A DNA stretch of 53,962 bases, filler included, from Jimgerdemannia flammicorona (lineage: Eukaryota): the NCBI GenBank assembly GCA_003990765.1. It is 2 parts of 2 records of this genome, joined end to end, with 100 filler letters (N's around TTAATTAATTAA, not from the genome) between each part and the next. Parts side by side here need not be neighbours in the genome. Positions count along the whole stretch, not along the records: positions 27,032 to 53,962 come from RBNJ01000677.1; 1 more part is not named here. One strand, given 5' to 3'. Both the position numbers and the translations under genes were made by a program. Positions 48,298-53,962 of the stretch are shown one piece after another. Under the pieces are notes generated by a model. That model had not been told where the DNA came from. It made no database searches and worked only from the letters and a program-made list of their open reading frames with translations. How positions within the stretch are numbered: position 1 is the first letter of the stretch; each line of letters starts with the position of its first letter.

Positions 48298-50394
48298 AGA
48301 AGAGGCTCTTTTCTATCTTTGGAGCATATAGTATATCTACAAGAGTAGCAGTGGGCTTGATAATATTTCTATAGAGATATATACTGACATTTCTCTTTTT
48401 TTGAGTATAGATAACATTATTATCTCCCAACTTGATGAATATAAGATATTCAAATGGTTGATATATAGAGAACCATTCTCTGTATAGTTTTATATATTGT
48501 ATAGTTTCAGAATCCATATTAATCAGATATCATTATTATTAGCTATATTTGTTGCATATTTAGTAGATGTATAGTTGACAGCTTTTCTATCTACATTACT
48601 GGCAGTGTTTATGTCATCACTACTTTTTATCAGCCCAAAAGTATTTTACTGGCTGTCATTTTTAGATGATGAGTTGATAGATTTTATGGTCAAACTACTT
48701 ATAGATATTGATCTTGTATTGACAGAGCTAGCAGAACTAGTGCTGGTAGTAGGTTTGGTGGGATTTTTTGATCCAAAATTATCATCCTTGTCAGGCTTCA
48801 TAGATGTAGAGGGACTGGTAACTTGCACAAAAAATTGATTATTGCTTTCATCAGTTTTAATGGTATTTACATTGTCATATTTCTCTTGATAGTTTCTGCT
48901 ATCTCTATATTGCCAATGCTGGCTTTTTCTGCACTTATTTTCATTTTCCCAGCAATAGTATTAGTGTTTTCTATATCCATACTTGCTGCAGTATTCACAG
49001 TAGCCATTTTACTTGGTTGATTGGCTAGATTGGTTATTATATTGATTTTGAGTTTAGGGTCATTAGTCTTATTATTAATACCTCATTTGGCACTGCATCT
49101 ATAGAACTCATAGAATACCCTTTTGTCTTATCACTATCATTTCCTCAGTACATTCCCTCATTCATAAGGCTCATTATTATATTGGCATAGTCTGTGAGAG
49201 TACCACTCTTGTGCATAGCTGTGATGACAATATTATATATATCTGGAAGTCCCCTTGTGAGTGCTATAACCTTATCTTCATTACTAATACAATCTGTAGA
49301 TATGCTGAGAGAATTCACTTGATTCACCAGATTGTCAATATAACTAGCATATTCATAGATGCTCTCCTTGAGCTTCATTTGAAGATTAAATAGCTAAGAT
49401 TTCAGGTGGAATCTATTTGATGCAGATGCTTATATATAATGATTATATAGGGCTTTTCATGTCTCATTAGCCATATCTGTATGCATTATGAGCTTTATTT
49501 GTAAGTTTGACAATATAAATGCAATCTCATATAGTGCTCAGCAATTGTTTGTAGGTCATGGTCTTGAATATATACTTGTGGCTTTATATACTCTATTAAA
49601 CCACATTTGTTAAGGAGATTCATTATATAGAATATTCATATGGTATAATCTTTTCCATCAAAGATCGGAATTGACCTCTTGGCTATATTTATACTTATAA
49701 TAGAGACTGCTCCCATTACTAGGTTGATCATCTGCTATTTCTAATATATATTATATAGTATATATTTATGAGGGGTATATATTTATTTATTATTATTTTT
49801 TTGCTATATCCACTTAGTGCTAGTAGAGCTCATAACCTTTATTGGAAGAGGGGCATTTTTATTGAGTTTGTATAAAATGTGTATTTTATATATTACTGAT
49901 GAATGATATTATTCTAATAGTTCCTAGGATATTACTAATGAGAGGTAGTAATTTGTGATATTTCTTAGCAATCTCATTGAGCTTTCTATAGTTTGTATAG
50001 AGTATTGAGGCAAATTCTTTCAGCTTGCTTTCTTTTTTCAGAGCCAGTATAATTGCTGAGAACTATGGATTTATAGCCTTCTAAATAATGCTAGTTTCTT
50101 ATATCTGCTTGATCTCTTCTCTAAACAATTCATAATATATTATTGAAATTAGTTTTACCATTTGATAGATTGACTCCATATCTCCTATGTCTATATTATA
50201 ATAGCAGTATGGTATCTTTCCTTTAGTATTCTTAAAATCAGTGATAAGGATATTTTCAAATTTATACAATATCTACTTAGGTTCCTTCTTGAATGAGAAT
50301 TTATTTCTAATAGTATAGCTATGCTTATCTGTGATTTTCTCCTTTTTGTAGTCTAGTTTGGTAATTTTAGAACTAATAAAAGCTCCACTTTTCA

Positions 50395-50800
50395 TATATC
50401 TGAATCCTTTTCTTTCTCTTTCTATTTCCTTCAGCTTCTTTACTTCTATGATCTTAGATTATAGTACTGAAAGATTAGTATTTATATAAGTTAGTCCTTC
50501 TCTTAACTACAAATAGAATTGTAAAGTTGTGATTCCTGATAATGAGCAGGATTTCTCTAATATAACTAAAATTGATAACTTCTTCTTTAATCAAAATTTC
50601 ATTTTGGCTAGACTACTCTTTATTTTGAGTATTTTGTATGATTCTTGAGAATAATCATCTTTAGGTTAGTTGCAAGTAGAGTAGTTGTCTATAGTTCAAG
50701 AACTATCTCTTCAACTCTAGTAATATCTATTCTAGCTGCATTTTCTGACTTATATTCTAACAGGACTATATCAGGATAAATCCACTAAATCATAATCTTG
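50395..50800 (-). pseudogene. Degenerate dUTPase domain of the older Gypsy
   Basis: YPDIVLLEYKSENAARIDI, ATNLKMIILKNH, KSSLAK, EEVINFSYIREI, EVKKLKEIERERKGFRY read as G->A-decayed versions of motifs AGxD, RSS, GGVIDxGYxGEI, RGxxGFG. Confidence 0.7.
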
Positions 50801-51650
50801 ATTTCTTCTTCATCATCACTATCTTCTAGGAGGACTGATAATTCATCCTCCTAATTTTCCTTTTCTTACTACTTCTGTCTTCTTTTCATACTTACCTATA
50901 TATTATATATATATATATAGTATATCTGAATTCTATGAGGACAAACTTCTTATAGAGTATATTCTTTAGTAATCTTCTTATATCAATCTTCTTTGCTGAT
51001 CCCTTTGACCTTCTTTATCTTTTTTTAAGTAGTTATTATATAGACCTCTTATTGATCACAATCTTCTTTCTCTATCTAAAACTACTTCTTTGTTGATATT
51101 GATTAAAATTCACATCTTTTGTCCTCAGTAGACAAACTATATCTTCTGGACATTTATATTAATTATAGCCTTAGTCTTGTGAAGCCACTGATTGTTGATG
51201 AGAATATTATAGTTGGTGGTATTTGTAATAATCATATTTACTGAAATAGTTACTCCTCCAAACTTGATAGAGATATCTCAGATCTTTTCCAAAGAAGTAG
51301 CTCTTTATCTTAGAGTAAATATATTCTTTTTTCTTATAGCTGGTAGCTTAGATGAGTAGTCTTGGTTCCTTCATAATATGTAACCTCTGTTGTTTTATAA
51401 GTTGTTCCAATTTTTATATATGGTGAGGTTTTCAATTTGTCTACAAATGGTCCAACTTGGAGTTGAGGTTCTGAATTTCATTTCTCTCTTTCTTTCACTC
51501 CTTAACTGGTTTTTCTTCTTCTAGTTTTTCATATTCTCAAAAAAAATTCTTATGGGTTTTAACTAAGATATGTATCTTCCTTATCATCTTTCTTATTATA
51601 ATTGGTGATTCCTTATTCAATATAAAAAATATCTTAAGCTTATCTACCAT

Positions 51651-52905
51651 ATTTATTTATTTATTTTTTTAACAGACACTATATCCTGTAAATTTTTATT
51701 GAAAGAAAATCTAGACTATATAGGCCAAAACTCTCCCCCACCTTCTCTCAAGCATTATACCCCCAATAAACCTAGGCTAGCTATTGTCCAGCAGCTTAAC
51801 CATACTAGGCAATGCAGGTCATAGGTAGCCTATACCTCATTCTATATATTGTACTCTCCTTATTACTAGGGGGAAAGTGACTATATACTAATAACTAAAG
51901 GTACATGCCTAAAAACCAATTATATATACAAGACTATGTCTGAGCTGAATATAATAGTTCCTACTACTCTAAATGGAGTGATAGGAAAAGAAAAACCCTA
52001 CAAAAAATATAGAGTAATAAGTAAGACCTGGTTCTCTCTAATGAGATAAGTAGAGAACTTATATATAAGATAGGAGGAAATCTCCAATATTCTACTAATC
52101 AAGTCTACAGGTCTCAATTATGTTGCCACATCAGCTCTCAGTTCCAGTTAAGTGCAGCTAAGATATCTGACTCAGGTAGTCTTGGGCCCCCTAACAACTC
52201 TCAAGTAATACTACAGTATATTAAGAGTAGCCAAGAATGATACTTACTACCTAATCACTCTATACTTATCTGAAGATTCTATCAATATAATATCTGTACT
52301 AGTCCTGATAACCATCACTAGTCTGATATACTACTGGTCTACTATAATTACCCTTTCTTCTATCTGTGATAGTTATCTTCTCTTCCATTCTGATATTACT
52401 TAAAAAACAATCACCTATATCAGAACTATACTTATCAGAAAGCTTATCAAAGCTCAGAGGGCTCACTACAGATACTGAGAACCTGCTGGAATCTTTACTG
52501 GTACTTGATGCCCAAGGTTGGCCAACTCTCTATATAGCTTATAATATACTATAATAATATCTTATAGTAATAATAAAAGGAAAAAGATACTGTAACAAAA
52601 TAAATATACCTCAGACATAGTCAGAGATATCAGAAACTATGAAAAAGTAGAGAAAACATCAATCTGATACTGATAAAGGGGTAACTTATCACTATTGTCT
52701 CTCTTCCACTATTCTATAATAGGTACAGTAAACTAATCTAAGGTAGCAAGAGTATAAGTTATAGAAAGGGAACTTGGAAGATTGTCTATCAAACCTTGTG
52801 ACTGATAAGATAGTAGTAAAAGGAGCTATTAAACTATATCTACTTATTATTCAGCCCTTCTAATACCTAGAATATAGATATACTGTACAATATTTGGAAG
52901 AATTC
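51651..52905 (-). mobile_element. Poly(A)-tailed insertion (probable LINE 3' fragment) within gag of the older Gypsy
   Basis: T-rich tail at 51652-51670 with AATAAA on the minus strand at ~51695-51700; gag similarity stops at ~51650 and resumes at ~52907; no recognisable domain. Confidence 0.4.
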
Positions 52906-53734
52906 TGATAGGTAGTATTGAACTTAGCTCTAGTATTCTTTTCTAGATTCTGATAAAGAATTCTTTAGATAATTCTCTGAGATTCATTCTTATCTCTATA
53001 ATGGATTCTTAGGCCTTATAGGGGGTTTTATTTTCTACATATTTTTTGATAAATCAGTGGCTCATGGCTTCATATTCCTCTTTCCAAGATACTGTTGTCT
53101 GAATGACTCTTCTAAGTTCTACATATATATTATTTACTACTTAGTTGAAAGTTCCCTTGCCTGGTTCTCTGAGTTAGACTTTAAAGATAGCAATTTTTCT
53201 CTGAGTAGTGAGATTTTTTAAAGCTATAATTTCTTCAATTCTATTTTGAAATTCTCTTGGGTCTTCTTCTAAATATTCAGCTAAAATTAGTATTGAGGTA
53301 TTTATTTTATTATCATTGTCTTCTAGTTCTGATTTCAGTTCTAATTTACTTTCTGAGTTATTGCTAGAGGTTGAAATACTTAAGTATTCTGAAGATGGAG
53401 TTATTGGTCTTGAGTGAGGTGCAGTAGGTCTAGATATCCTTGAAGGGGCTATTTTTAGTCCTTCTGGTACTATAGTTACTAGGTCTGATAGTGGTTCAAT
53501 AGAAGGAGTCTAGTAGAGCTCTCAAGTAAAACCAGGCTTATATAATGAGGTTTTTTAATTCTTATATAAGCTAATTAAAGTTTTTAACAGAATTATCTAT
53601 GTTGTCTGATTGATCTGATTAGGTCAGGTCTCCTGGTAGTAAGTCTGCTAATACTGGTTAAGGATTCTATACTATATTGGTCTCTTTTTAGAATCTTTCT
53701 GATACTGAGTAATTGACAAGCCTTAAGTAATTAC

Positions 53735-53741
53735 TTTTTTT

Positions 53742-53823
<82 letters not shown>
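53735..53823. repeat. Long poly(T) tract
   Basis: ~88 T with one C; other long homopolymers at 2893-2938, 10024-10072 and both window ends. Confidence 0.9.
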
Positions 53824-53826
<3 letters not shown>

Positions 53827-53931
53827 GTCACTTTGTCTGTCCTTTATTTTCATTCTATTCTATAATTACTACGATCCCACCCCCTTTCCACCTTCTTTCT
53901 TTTGTCGTCGTTAATTATGTGCTGTTTTGTT

Positions 53932-53962
<31 letters not shown>

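Larger units (their letters stand above)
39686..49910 (-). mobile_element. Older Ty1/Copia retrotransposon, split by a younger Copia
   Basis: 3' LTR 39686-39807, PPT-side TCTCATTGAGTGGAAG; partial 5' LTR ~49840-49910; PBS GGTTATGAGC at 49837-49828; gag EDKVIALTRGLP, protease MDSE, RT MTNMGDTFFLLGISI; flanks ATTCC/ATTCT as candidate TSD. Confidence 0.85.
49911..53700 (-). mobile_element. 5' half of an older, heavily mutated Gypsy (gag, protease, dUTPase, RT start)
   Basis: Reverse complement of ~53100-53450 and ~51440-51650 aligns by eye with gag of the 28988 element; protease ~51080-51260; RT start NYRKLNEIAKK..LPLI at ~49935-50000. Confidence 0.75.

Overview
Intron-rich fungal genomic DNA. 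Gene style and transposon content suggest an early-diverging, Mucoromycota-like fungus; this taxonomy is inference only. The window has two sharply different halves. Bases ~0.9-22.2 kb are gene-dense and CpG-rich: TRS85/TRAPPC8 (-), a DUF1746/Dsc4-like membrane protein (-), a small Cys-rich orphan (-), condensin SMC2 (-), an RPA70C/DDIAS-like zinc OB-fold gene (+) only 138 bp head-to-head with SMC2, an O6-alkylguanine alkyltransferase (MGMT, -) and an intronless 633-aa coiled-coil protein (+). From ~22.9 kb on, the window is a nested transposon graveyard riddled with C->T/G->A changes. It holds an L1/Tx1-like LINE, hAT-type MITEs, a near-complete Ty3/Gypsy with a dUTPase and an unexplained Cys-rich insert in pol, and a second, older dUTPase-bearing Gypsy split by a Copia that is itself split by a younger Copia. 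A 100-bp artificial scaffolding linker lies at 26932-27031, so adjacency across it is unproven. All gene models and TE calls come from manual reading and motif recognition, not database searches.
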